From positions 23,684,001 to 23,748,000 of the forward strand of contig NC_043007.1 of the NCBI RefSeq assembly GCF_006345805.1: 64,000 bases of DNA. Reading direction: 5' to 3'. This document shows, piece after piece, positions 51,433-63,183 of this stretch. Each line of letters begins with the position of its first letter. Position 1 is the first letter of the stretch. The notes beneath the pieces are model-generated. The model had not been told where the DNA came from, did no database searches, and saw nothing but the letters and a program-made list of their open reading frames with translations. A program made the translations under genes and the position numbers. Origin of the DNA: Octopus sinensis (taxonomy: Eukaryota).

Positions 51433-52759
51433 TCACAACTATAATTTCCATTTGATTTTCATTTTGATGTTGATGTACTTGACTCTATAGGTCTCCTCAA
51501 GCACAGCAGGTCGCCCTGTGATCCAAAGTACTTTTGAATGGGCTGGGGCTGGTTATGCAAAACTGGTGTAGGATACAGCTGTGAGCCGTGAAATCCTAAC
51601 TAGAAAATATGTAATCTGTATTTTTTATCTTTGGGGGTTAGATAACTAAGATAATTTACTCCTAACCAGGAATTATTTTTTTACAAACCACTTCTCAATC
51701 TGTCTTGTGTCAAGACTTCCAAAATGTATTTTGGCAAATTTTTTGTCATATCCTGTTCATAAAAAACCTATTTCTTTTTCTTTTTTTTTTGTCTTTGACA
51801 ATTATTTTGGAATTTTAAAATTTATTTTTTATGGCATTAATATTATTCTTCTCCCCTCAGTCTATAATCATTGAGAAATATGAAATGTGTCACTGAAAAG
51901 CTATTACAATTTTGAAAACAATATTATTAGTATTAAATAGCAGTTTTTATCTATTAAAATTGTTACTTTTCAGTCTGAAAGTAGATGAGGTATCTTAGTT
52001 ACAACTTCCATTGTGGTTGCTATTAGATGTTGGCATCGTAACTACCAATTCTTCTCTGTATATTAAATCTTTATACTGGAATTTTGCCTGCAGTTTTGCT
52101 AATCCTTGCTGATAATCTGAAGGTTTGTACATATTTTCTGGCTTGGAGAGCTCATCATTATAACAACCTTCTGCTTTTTCTCATATGGATACAGTTTTGC
52201 TCAAAGGATACTTTACTGGAAAATGGATGTTTTCTTCTGTTCTGGGAATACATTTACCATTCCATGGATGTACCTGTTGATCAGTGTCACTTTTACTAAA
52301 GCCATCTTAAACTTCTCATGGATATTTCACTCTGTTTTGGATTTAAAGTCAGGTTTGTTATTTGTAACAAACTGTTGACATTGGAATGTCATCTGGAGAC
52401 CATTGTCAACTTTGTTACAGCATATTTTATTTATATCATCTGTTTGTTTATTAAATGTACCTCTGCAAAAACTTATTTTCATTGTAGTGATACAGTTTTC
52501 TGCTTCACCCTTATTGGAAAAAAATCTTTTTAAATTGAAACATCCTGTTTGCTGCTAACTGGAAAAGATATTACATTTTAAAACTTGTACAATTTGAAAA
52601 GCTGCTACACATAAATTTCATTAGGTGTTTCCATTGAATCCTTGTTTAAACACAATAGAAAGTTTCTCATTTCTCTTATAGATAAAAATTGGTTTGCTTC
52701 TTTCTTGTCACCTATTGTTTCTTTAGTTCCAGAACTTTGTTTTAAAGGATTTGTTTTAA

Positions 52760-53038
52760 CCCTTTAGCATTCAGACTACTCTGTCAAATGCAATGCTTAT
52801 TCATTCACACTGTTTAACCCCTCGTTGCTGTATTTATTTTGAGATGCTCTGTGTTTCTTTCAATTAATTTTAAATATAACAAAGAATTTAGTAAAATAAC
52901 TTAGTTATCATTCAGCTAGTGTTAGGAACATAAATTGTGACTAAGGTTTGGTGGAAGATTTTAATTGAAAACTTATGAAAACAAGACATTTGTACCACTG
53001 AGCCAGAGCCAGTTTCAGCCGGGTTGGTAATGAAAGGG
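52760..53038. mobile_element. piggyBac-type MITE type 2 (52818-53038) inserted at a TTAA in a type 1 MITE 5' end
   Basis: TTAA|CCCTTTAGCATTCAG...TTAA|CCCCTCGTTG...AAAGGG|TGAA. Confidence 0.75.
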
Positions 53039-53229
53039 TGAAATTATTTTCCATAGAAATTGGTAATATAGAACTTCTTTTACAATGTAGATTTATTGAA
53101 AAAGAAAATTGAATAGGTATGCATTTTAGGTTAGTGAGGGTGCAGTCTTTGATAATGGGAGTATAATATTTGCATATGAAGTACAATGTTGGATTGTAGT
53201 TAAACTAAGGGTTTGCCTATAGAGCATGT

Positions 53230-53520
53230 ACAAAGGTTGGAAAACAATAAAGCAAGAAATAACTTTGTGTGTGAATGATGGATTTAGATGTAATATACAA
53301 GAAGACTGGTATGGATGTGTGATGGTGATGGAGTTTGATGAAGTCGGGTAAAGTGCTAAGTAGTCCAACTTGTAGAAATGTAAGAGGGAGACCAAGGAAG
53401 ACATGGGCAGACGTAGCGAAAGCTTATCTTAGAATTCTGAATTGTGGACAGGAGATGAGTGACCGCAAGTGGTGAGACACCATGCTGGAGAAACTTATCC
53501 AACCTATGCAAACATGGGAA
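53230..53520 (+). mobile_element. RTE LINE 3' end whose tail matches family D
   Basis: RCNIQEDWYGCVM...RGRPRKTWADVAKAYLRIL...DTMLEK, then CCAACCTATGCAAACATGGGA. Confidence 0.7.
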
Positions 53521-54199
53521 TGTAGATTAAAATAACTTTTTTTTTCTTTAGTTAATAATTGTTTCTTTTGCTAGAAACAATCAAGTACGACTGGATAATG
53601 GACATTTTGTTTCATATACTAGTCTGGCTTAACCGGTAGATGAAGATAGAGTTGGAATACTTGATAATCAGTTGAAAGAACAGTTATCTGACTTGTCCAC
53701 CCATCTCTATAATTGTGTAATGCTGTATAGGAATAACATGCCTATGTAAAAAAAAAAAGAAAATGGCAGTACTATCAGTTTTACAAGTGTTTAATTTTTT
53801 TTAGTGCTGAGTTGGCTATAGCTCAGTCGGGAGGAGAGTATGGCTGTTAAGCGGATTTGACCTAAATATGCTATATGAAAGTAAAGTCTTTAGTGGTGGT
53901 ACCCTCCATGGATGAATTTTATGAATTTATTTCTGGGGACTCTATTCAGTTCTGTAAAACAATCTTTCTGTGAGAACCTTATAAGTCTGTTTTAATGATA
54001 AAACAAATTCTCCAGCCCCCCAGTTGGTAACAAGGCTTGGCGTGGCTTTCTACTTTGTGCAAGAAGCGATTTCGGTTATTTTTCTTTTCCTTTTAAAGTT
54101 AAAAAAAAATTTTTAAATGAGTTCTTGAAAATCTTGCATTAAAAAGAAAAAAACAACAAAACACAAAACCATCCACAATATGGCGATATACTTTTTTAA

Positions 54200-54600
54200 T
54201 AGACTTGATATATTTGATAACATCCGTATTTATCAATATCATCAGACCTATTTTGCTTTGTCAATGAAAGCAGCAACATTTCCACCACTTGATGCTGCAA
54301 AATGGATTGTGTTAGTTTGCTTCATGAATTATTCCAGTGTCTTAAAAATCTCCTTGGATAAATCCATTTGATTGGCTTGCTTAATCTCTGCTGTTAGACA
54401 GAAATTTCCTATACAAGTTCTCAAAAGACCTACCATTTTACTTTCAAGTGCTTGCTTTAGCATGATGACTACTACATTCAAGTGTTAGAAATATGTTAAC
54501 ATGGCTTTTTATTTGTCATCTGTTGCTCACAGACAAATCATGACATAGGAGTGTCAATTCCTCCAACTGCTTTTCTTCATCTTTCTGTCGAGTCATGATC
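54200..54600 (-). mobile_element. Possible very old hAT transposase fragment
   Basis: HHAKAST*K*NGRSFENLY and FMKQTNTIHFAASSGGNVAAFIDKAK loosely fit the HTEVRWLS.G and 'LN.LN..LQG....DK' regions; heavily decayed. Confidence 0.25.
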
Positions 54601-55112
54601 ATCATTCAACACCCGTATTCTGTGTGATGATAATATTTAACTGAGTGTGTCTGAAAATATTATTAGCCATCTCGAAGCAACTGGTTAGATACAATTTAAG
54701 AATATGCTTTACAAGCTTACATTATCATATATATCAGAGATTTATTATTGCTTGTTTACACTTTTTCGAGATCAGTGACGAAAAGTCACTGGAAAAAGGA
54801 TATATGTATTTGCATTGGGACCCCTTCGCATTGAAGACCTATGATTGTCGTGCGCTGATTACGGGTAAACACCCAGAAACCCGGGTCCGTGCGTATCTCG
54901 TCAGGTCGACGATGGGAAGGATGGCTTCCCTTTGCAAATACCGATAGGGCACACAAAGTGTGTCAATAGCCAGCTGGAGAAGATGTTCTCCTGGGGCTAC
55001 AAGCTACAGTAACATCCACCCTTAGTGGTTAGCCACATTTAGATGACAAATATACTTCACATTGTTGTGCAGTTACTGTTCAGAGATTTGTTATATATAT
55101 ATATATATATTG

Positions 55113-56190
55113 TGTCATTTGACTGAGGCCATGCTGAAGCATCTCCTTTAATCAAACAAATTGATCCAGGACTTTGTAAGCCTAGTACTTATTCTGTTGC
55201 TTTCTTTTGCCGAACTGCTAAGTTACAGGGGATGTGAACACACCAGCATCAGTTGTCAAGCAATGGTGGTGGTGGGAGGACAAAAACAAACACACACATG
55301 ACGGTCTTCTTTCAGTTTCCGTCTACCAAATCAACTCATAAGGCTTTGGACAGCCCGAGGCTGTAGTAGAAGACACTTACCCAAGGTGCCACACTGGGAC
55401 TGAACCGGGAACCATGTGGTTGGTAAGCAAGCTACATAGCACACAGCCGCTTCTGCGCATATATATATATATATATATATATGAATGCAAGTCAAGTCTG
55501 GTACTTATTCCTGTCAGTGTCTTTTACCAAACCAATAAGTTATGAGAATGTAAATAAATACTGGTTGTCAAGCAGTGGTGGGGGAAAAATCACAGCACAT
55601 CTATATAGGTGCAGGTGTGGCTGTGTGGTAAAAAGCTTGCTTCCCAAAACCACATGGTTCTGGGTTCAGTCCCACTGCGTGGCACCTTGGGCACGTGTCT
55701 TCTATAGCCTCAGGCTGATCAAAGCCTTGAGGGTAGATTTGTTAGATGGAAACTGAAAGAAACCTGTCATGTGTGTATGTGTGTGTGTATTTGTCCCCCC
55801 TCCACCTGCTTGACAACTGGTGTTGGTGTGTTTATGTTCTCGTACTTTAGCGGTTCGGCAAAAGAGACCAATAGGATAATTACTGGATTTAAGAAAAAAA
55901 GTGTCCTGGGGTTGATTTGTTCAACTGAAACCCTTCAATGTGGTGCTCTGGCACGGCTGCAGTCAAATGACCGAGACAAGTAAAAGAATATATATTTACA
56001 CACACACACACACATGGTGGGCTTCTTCCAGTTTCCATGTACCACATCCACTCACAAGGCTTTGGTTAGTCCAGACCTATACAAAAAAAGACTCCATAAG
56101 CATCACACTTGCCCCAGTTACCACACAAAAGAACTGAACCCTAGACCACATGGTTGGGAAGCAAGCTTCTTACCCACACAACCATGCCTG
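55113..56190. mobile_element. Cluster of family B SINEs in alternating orientation (- 55113-55454, + 55614-55988, - 56010-56190)
   Basis: Direct alignment to family B. Confidence 0.85.
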
Positions 56191-56714
56191 TGCCTATAGA
56201 ATTAATTGAAAGAAAAATTTCCATCCGAATCAGTTTTGCAATCTACTTCACTTAAATTTGATTACAGTATATTACTAATTATAGACCAGCTTCTGTTTAA
56301 AACTATAATAGCTTATTTTTGTTAAAGAACATTTTTTTTTCTTTCAATTCTTTTCTAAGTGAAATGTAAGAAAAATGGCACTTATGCAAAATAGATTTTT
56401 CTATGAAATCAATTATTTACAATATCTAGCCTATCTCTGATACTAAACAAATTATTTGGTTAGATAGTAATTGCTACGGTTAAGATAGCTTTCTAAATAT
56501 TGAATTGTCTGCAGAATTGGCATTTTCTGCAATGTTGTTAGTCAGTACTCTAAGATAGGGTTATGTCATACACACACACACAGCGTAGGCTATAAGTTGC
56601 ATAGGAGTTGAAGAAATCAATACATTTAAACTTTGTAATAAACACAATTATAAAGTCTTTATTGAATTTTTAACTGCTAGCCAACTTGTGGCCCAGTTAG
56701 TGTGTGTGTGTATG

Positions 56715-57045
56715 TATTATCATTTAACATCCGTTCTCCATGCTGGTATGAGTTGGACAGTTTGATAGGAGCTGGAGAGTTGCCTGGGCTCCATTTGTCT
56801 GTTTTGGCATGGTTTCTATGGCTGAATGACCTTCCTAACACCAACCACTTTGCTGAGTGTACTGGGTGCTTTAAATGTGTCACCACTACTGGTGCTTTTA
56901 TGTGGCCCTGGTACAGGTGCTTTTACATGGCATCTGCTGGGGTGCTTCTATTTGGAATCTGCTGGGGCACTTTTATGCGGCAGCTTTTATAGGACACTGG
57001 CACAGCCTTGTTTATGTGGCACCAGCACAGGTGCTTTTACGCAAT
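56715..57045 (-). mobile_element. Family D element (decayed)
   Basis: CATTTAACATCCGTTCTCCATGCTGG tail, CCTTCCTAACACCAACCAC body, GTGCTTTTA repeats. Confidence 0.75.
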
Positions 57046-57889
57046 GAACATTGTTTGTATGACAGTGATGTTTATTTACAACCATCATGTCAAAACATGA
57101 GTCCACACACACACACACTGGGCTTTTTCCAAGTCCAGTCTACTAAATACATTCACAAGGTTTCAATTTCCCATGGGCTATTGTAGGAGATCCTTGCCCA
57201 AGGTGCCACATACTTAGGAAGCATGCTTCTTAACCACACAAGCTCAGACAGTCAAAAACCTTTCCTCAGGCTTTACAAATCAGTACTTGCAGACGAATCC
57301 TTACATCACAGATGCATTGTTTTTCAACTGTTTTCTTATTGCTTCCCCTATTCATTCCCTCTTCCCACGTATAAAAATTCCTACCTCTTGCAGAGTAAAT
57401 AGTATTAAAAAAAGGTTAAAAAAAGCTAAAAGTAAATTTCGTCAAAATCTGAATTGAATACCATTGTATTGACATTACAGTTGGCAGCAATTAAGTAATC
57501 TACACTTTGGCTACTTTGACATGGTTTTCAATAGAAATTTTGTCAGCTCATTATGTTAATGGAATCTTTTCCTCTGCTATTTAACTAAATTTGAAAGAAA
57601 AGTGCCAACCTCTGCTAGATAGTTTCTATCTATAGCCTATATGTTAAGCTGCATTCTCTTTACTTTATGCCATTGTTCAAGACTTGCTTTTTTTTTTCCA
57701 TTTATAGGCTTCTTTGCTTCATCAGCTACCTCCATTATTACGCTGGTTTCGAATAGCCTTCATTGCTGACTACCATAAATGCTTTGTAATCAACTACACT
57801 TAGTTCTGTTCCCTCCACTTCACTGATCCCCAGAGCTCTCGTTTTCTCATTCATGAGAAATGAGGACAGCTAAGTTCCTTTTGATTTAA

Positions 57890-58258
57890 CCCTTTAGCAT
57901 TTGAACTGGCTATATCTGGCCAAAATATTTCTATCTGCTTTATGTTCAAACTGGCCAGATCCAGCCTTTCATACCTACCCTATAATGTCATTCTAAAAAT
58001 AAACAGTCGCATCATTGAAATCTCTCAAAGCTTTGAGATTGTGACAGATTAATTTAAAACAATTGGTGTTAGGTAGGGCATCCAGCTGTAGAAACTCTGC
58101 CAGATCAAGATTGGAGCCTGGTGCAACCATCTGGTTCACCAGTCCTCAGTCAAATCGTCCAACCCATGCCAGCATGGAAAGCGGATGTTAAACGATGATG
58201 ATGGTGAGGATGAATAAAAAAGCATTACATTTGATAGAGTAGCCTGAATGCTAAGTGG
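57890..58258. mobile_element. piggyBac-type MITE type 1 carrying a family D insertion (~58069-58205)
   Basis: TTAA|CCCTTTAGCATT ... AATGCTAAGTGG|TTAA; body inverted relative to 48509-48728. Confidence 0.8.
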
Positions 58259-59086
58259 TTAATGTTTTTGAGATCCCAAAAGTTTATATTGAAGCTTTAT
58301 ACTTAATTGTTTTATCCCCAGCTGGTTCTGATTCATCTCATCTTTTTGAGTATCAGAAATTGCTGTATCCATTGTTCCTTGTGTGTGTGTGTGATTTGAG
58401 GGAGATTTTCCTGCTATTTCTTGCAATTCAAGCAACTGTGCAGAGGTGCACTTGCCACTTTAACCTACTTGGTTTGTATCGCCATAAGATATTCTGCCAC
58501 AATGATTGATAGAAATGTTATCTGTCAACACTTGCTTGTATTTTGTAATGCTGCAAAGCCCAGACACAGCTTCATGGAATACAAGCAACATCAGATATTT
58601 GGAGAGATATAGTATTTTCTAGATCCATGCCAGCAATGAGAATTGATTAAAACCATTGACAGACTAGCTTTCTTTTATTCATAATTTTATCTTTTTGTTT
58701 GTTTCTCTGATTTATTAGATTTTTCAGCATTCCTAGTGGCAGGATTATTATTTTAAAAGAAATTTGAATTATTTTCTCAAACAATTTTGATAAATAGTTT
58801 CTCATCTAATCATTAGACAATATGTTTTAATTATTATATATTTATAATTTTATCATTAAAATTAGCTCATTCACATTTTCAGCTGTTTACTTCTATTTTC
58901 AAAGTTGCATTCTTGAAATATTTATGTAGTTCAATAATTAGGTTTTAAAATGCATATTAGCTTCTGGATTTTTTCCAGAAAATTAAAGGATTTATTTTTT
59001 CCTTTGCCATTAGTATGGGGTATCATTGCTTTTTTCATTGCAACTTTTTGACCATGATATTAGAGTAGTAAATGTTTTTCTCTAAT

Positions 59087-59260
59087 GAGGTGTGGCTGTG
59101 TGGTTAAGGAGCTTATTCCTAACCATGTGGTTCCAGTTTCAATCCCACTGTGTGGCACTTTGAGCAAGTGTCTTCTACTATAGCCCCAAAAACCTTGTGA
59201 GTGTATTTGCTTGACAGAAACTAGAAAAAGCCCATTGTGTGTGTGTGTGTGTGTGTTTAT
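59087..59260 (+). mobile_element. SINE family B 5' half
   Basis: Head and CORE-like segment abutting the mariner remnant. Confidence 0.8.
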
Positions 59261-59269
59261 CCTTGTCTG

Positions 59270-59990
59270 ACCTTGTCTACAGAATTCATATTTTTCCCAT
59301 TCAGATGATTTTGAAGACTGGAATAAACAATAATCAGATGGGGTAGTGTCCAGCGAATATGGTGGGAGGGGCATTGTTTCCCATTCAAACTGTTCCAGTC
59401 TTTGGAATGTCATTCTCACTATATGTGGCTGAGTATTATCCTGATGGAAGAACACTTTTTTCTTCTTGAAACCAAAGATGGTAATTTTTCTTCTAGCACT
59501 GGTGTCGATTGGACGAATGACCAACTCCAAGCTTCTGTGCTAGTTCTTCAACAGTTAGGGTGAAATTTTGTTCCGCCAAGGTTTGCAGGACGTCTTTGCC
59601 GAGCTCTACAGATCTTTCAGGACAAGGCTCATCATCTAGGCTGTAGTTTCCGGTTTGGAATTTTTGGAGCCACCATTGATGCTGGTTTATGCTTATTGCC
59701 CAATCCCCCTTTACTGCATTAATATTCCTAGCACTTTCCATTGCAATGTTGCCTTTATTGAACTCATAAAGCAAAATATGCCAAATATGCTCCTTTGTCA
59801 CTTCCCTTATAGCTTTGAAAAAAATAACTTAAAATCGAATTGCACTTTTCAAAACTTGCACTAAGAATAAGTACAAGGTAAAATTACTACCTGCTTTTAT
59901 AGCAAGTTGGTGCAAGTTATTCCATCCCTCTCTAACAACTTTTAGTTCATGCAGTTTAAAAAACTGCATTATTTATGGGATGACCCAATA
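59270..59990 (-). mobile_element. Internally deleted mariner (DD34D-type) element
   Basis: 5' TIR TATTGGGTCATCCCATAAATAATGCAG; N-terminus EVTKEHIWHILLYEFNKGN..ESARNIN...KFQTGNYSLDDEP; C-terminal KVFFHQDNTQPH...LPPYSLDTTPSDYCLF. Confidence 0.92.
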
Positions 59991-60329
59991 GTTGATATAA
60001 AAACTATTTAAACTATTATCATTATTACTACACATGGCTTGATAATAAGGTTTTCTTCATCTGTGTGTACAAGATTAATGTGTCATGCTATTGCACTTGG
60101 TTTTAGCTACATTGATTGATTGATTGGTTATTGATACTTAGGCATATTTAAAGTGTGTGAGATTCTCAGCAGCCACAGACATGATATAGTAAGTGTACCA
60201 CTAAAACCCCTCAACTATTACAAATGCTTGGGTTCATAATGTCTTATCTATTATGACAACCCCAGCTTACATAAAATTCTCAAAACTGCATCTTAAAGGC
60301 CAGAAGTTACTTCAGCCCCATCAGTTACT

Positions 60330-60870
60330 AATCCTCTACAAAGTCCAAATGTAACTCAGTGTTCTCGCAGAACTAGTACACACATACATCCTTGACTGTA
60401 CCTCCTGTTACAGGAAGGCTGTTCCATGATTGGTAAACACTCATTCAACATGCCAGAATCACCAACTCCACATATGCACTTTTTTTGCTTTGATGACTGC
60501 TTCTCTGAATTAGCAAGCTGCAAGCCACTCGTGCCCAGAATGCACCTAGATCTCTGATCATCCAAATTCAGTAATAAAAACTGCTCAATCTTCTTTTTTC
60601 CTCTGAATTGTGACTTTCTGGAATTCTCTTTCTGCTCACATTTTTCCTACAGTCATTCCAGCTGCTTCAGTTGTACTAACTGCCAAGGAGGACCAGTGCA
60701 ACTGATGCAAAGGTCATGGATATTGACTACCAACCACATCTTCTTACAAAAATAAGATGATTGTGGTATCGATAGAATTTTGTTCACAAAACTGACAATG
60801 ATAGTTTTGTCTTGTTTAGTCACTTTAGTGAGTTTTAGTAAGTTTGTGTTGTCCGCCTGTGTAGACAATA
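60330..60870 (-). mobile_element. Ancient hAT (Charlie/SPIN/GTF2IRD2-like) transposase remnant
   Basis: Frameshifted IIVSFV..SYFCKKM / HQLHWSSLAVSTTEAAGMTVGK / C*FREAVIKAK / HGTAFL*QEVQ follow the order of 'FVRY..FLFC', 'LDWSKLVS.TTDGAP.M.GK', 'C..H.E.L.AK', 'HTEVRW'. Confidence 0.5.
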
Positions 60871-61279
60871 ATGGGAATCAATGATCTTTATAGATAGACT
60901 ATTTATACACTTGCAATATAAATTAAGTTTGCCATCTGTGAACCACCAGCTAATGTGGTGCTTCCAGTTGATATGATTTCGGATGCCTTCAGAAGGACTG
61001 GGTAGAAAGGTGGGTACTGGTTGTATGGGCAAGAACAGTTTGCTGTCTTATTTGTGAATGTTGAAAAGTATGAAATTTAGTATCTTTCATCTTTTACTTG
61101 ATTCAGTCATTGGATTGTGGCACTGCCTTGAAGGATTTAGTCAAACAAATCCACCCCAGTACTTGTGCCTGCTACTTATTCTATCAATCTCTTAGATGAA
61201 CAGCTAAGTTATTGAGATGTAAACAAACCAATGCTGGTTGTCAAGTGGTAGTGGTGGGGAACACAAAAACACATTTATA

Positions 61280-61530
61280 CATCATCATCATCACTTAACT
61301 GTGGTCGAGACAATGGAATTTACCATGCTACGCCAGACTTCACGGTCCATCATAGCATTACGGAGGTCCTGTTGATGGATGCCTGTATCCCTGGAGATTA
61401 CATCAGGGTAGGAGAGTGTGTGCCCTCTAGTATTGTGAGTAGATGGCTTCCAAAGGAGAAGAGTAGAAATTGCCTCGTTTTCAGCTCTACAACAATGTCC
61501 AGCAAACTGGACTCTCCTACCTTTCACAAG
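61280..61530 (-). mobile_element. RTE-clade LINE 3' end (family of 47740-48304)
   Basis: VKGRRVQFAGHCCRAENEAISTLLLWKPS...WRSMVNSIVSTTVK* plus (TGA)n tail. Confidence 0.92.
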
Positions 61531-61900
61531 ATTATTATACATACATACATACATGCCTGTTTCTGTTTCACAGACATGCAAACATGAGTCTCTCTGAATG
61601 TCTAAAGAATTACTTGTGTATTCATGAAGCTCTATAATAGTCACGACAGTCATTAATTACTAAACAGTACACACACTTACATGTTTGTAATTTAATTTAT
61701 TCCTTTCCCTTCTGTGGTTCTTGTAAGTTCTGATTTTTATCTTTTACTCTATCAATCTTGCACTTTCTTGATGTAAGTTTACTACTTGTAAAGTGCCAAG
61801 AAGATTTACTGAGGTTTCTTAATTTATTTCTTTTAATGTTCCAGTTTAAAAAGAGACTCCTTAGTTAAGTACATCTTTACATTATTACTTGAATGCACAG

Positions 61901-61986
61901 ATATATCGGTTTGGCTTGGAAAGCAGCTAATGGGAAGAACTCAGCAGAAAGCAATACAGATTACTAGAGGAAGGATAATTATATTG
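61901..61986 (+). other. Candidate exon of an unidentified plus-strand gene
   Basis: GCACAG| acceptor, consensus donor TTG|GTGAGT, one open frame ISVWLGKQLMGRTQQKAIQITRGRIIIL; not recognised. Confidence 0.2.
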
Positions 61987-63129
61987 GTGAGTTGGCTTGA
62001 GCACCTGATAGGATTTCTCAAGATTAGCAAAAATAGATGGTTTTCCTCACCATGAAGCAAACCCCAAAACCAGATAAATTGGATAAAGAATTTTAAAATG
62101 TTAGTTGTTAATAGTATTTTTGATAGGTTTGTCTAGAACTTTCTTGATACCCTGCTATGATATGATATTAGATTGATATCGACTTCTTCCATTCTTTTGT
62201 CATAATTCTTACAAACTGCGACGTAGAGCTAAATCATACAAAATACTTACAAATAGAAAATTGTTTCTATCATCTCCACTGGGGGTCAACAGTAGGAAGT
62301 AGCAGCCATTCATTCATTTGGCATATATCACACTCTTAGAATATGTTGATGTTATCCAACATTCGGTTGCATATCCGTCATGACTAACCAACAATTGTTG
62401 AGTTTATATGTGATGTCATCTGTCATCTCCAAGTATTCCTCTTGGTATAATCGAGCAGAATGTTTTGTGTATTCAGTGACATCTGATGTGATTGTAATAT
62501 AGTCTGAATTAATCTTGTAACTTTTTATATCTTATTTTAGTTGTCTGTCTCACAATTTTTTGTTTTAGATGAGTTTTGGAGGAAGTTCTGGTTTAATAGA
62601 CAAGCAGAATCCATAACCCTTTTGTTGGGTCCACATGATTGGCGAGGAGGAGACGAAGATATGAATTTATTCTTAGACCAGAAACTGATCTGAATTTTTG
62701 TGATAGTAAACTTCAATGAAGGCACCCCAAGATGTTAAACAAGGCGATGAAATAAGTCTATGACCTATTTGTGTCAGTACATTCTGTTAATACTAGAACT
62801 GGCAATATATTGTGAGATATTGATTTGTTATACCAGGAAAGTTGTCATAGTTTTTAATTTAGCCGTATTTTTTAGTTATGTGTCATTCTATAAAACTTAT
62901 ATATTTTCATCTATTTTGAGGTATTTTGTAGTTTTTACGTTCCAAAAGAGGAGTGATAAGACTTAGTGATAATGATGGGAATTTTCTGTAGTCCTTTTTA
63001 AGATTTCTAAGATATAAACATTTTTCTTGTCAAATTCCATTTGGATGATATATGTATATATTGTTACTAGGTCAGGTTGTTTCTTGGTTCCAGTAATATT
63101 TCTCAGATTTTCAGATCAACAAGGGATGG

Positions 63130-63183
<54 letters not shown>

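Noticed and set aside
53574-53720. Exon-like plus segment with a single in-frame TAA (stop recoding by A-to-I editing?)
   Set aside because: UAA needs both adenosines edited to become sense; donor weak; no support.
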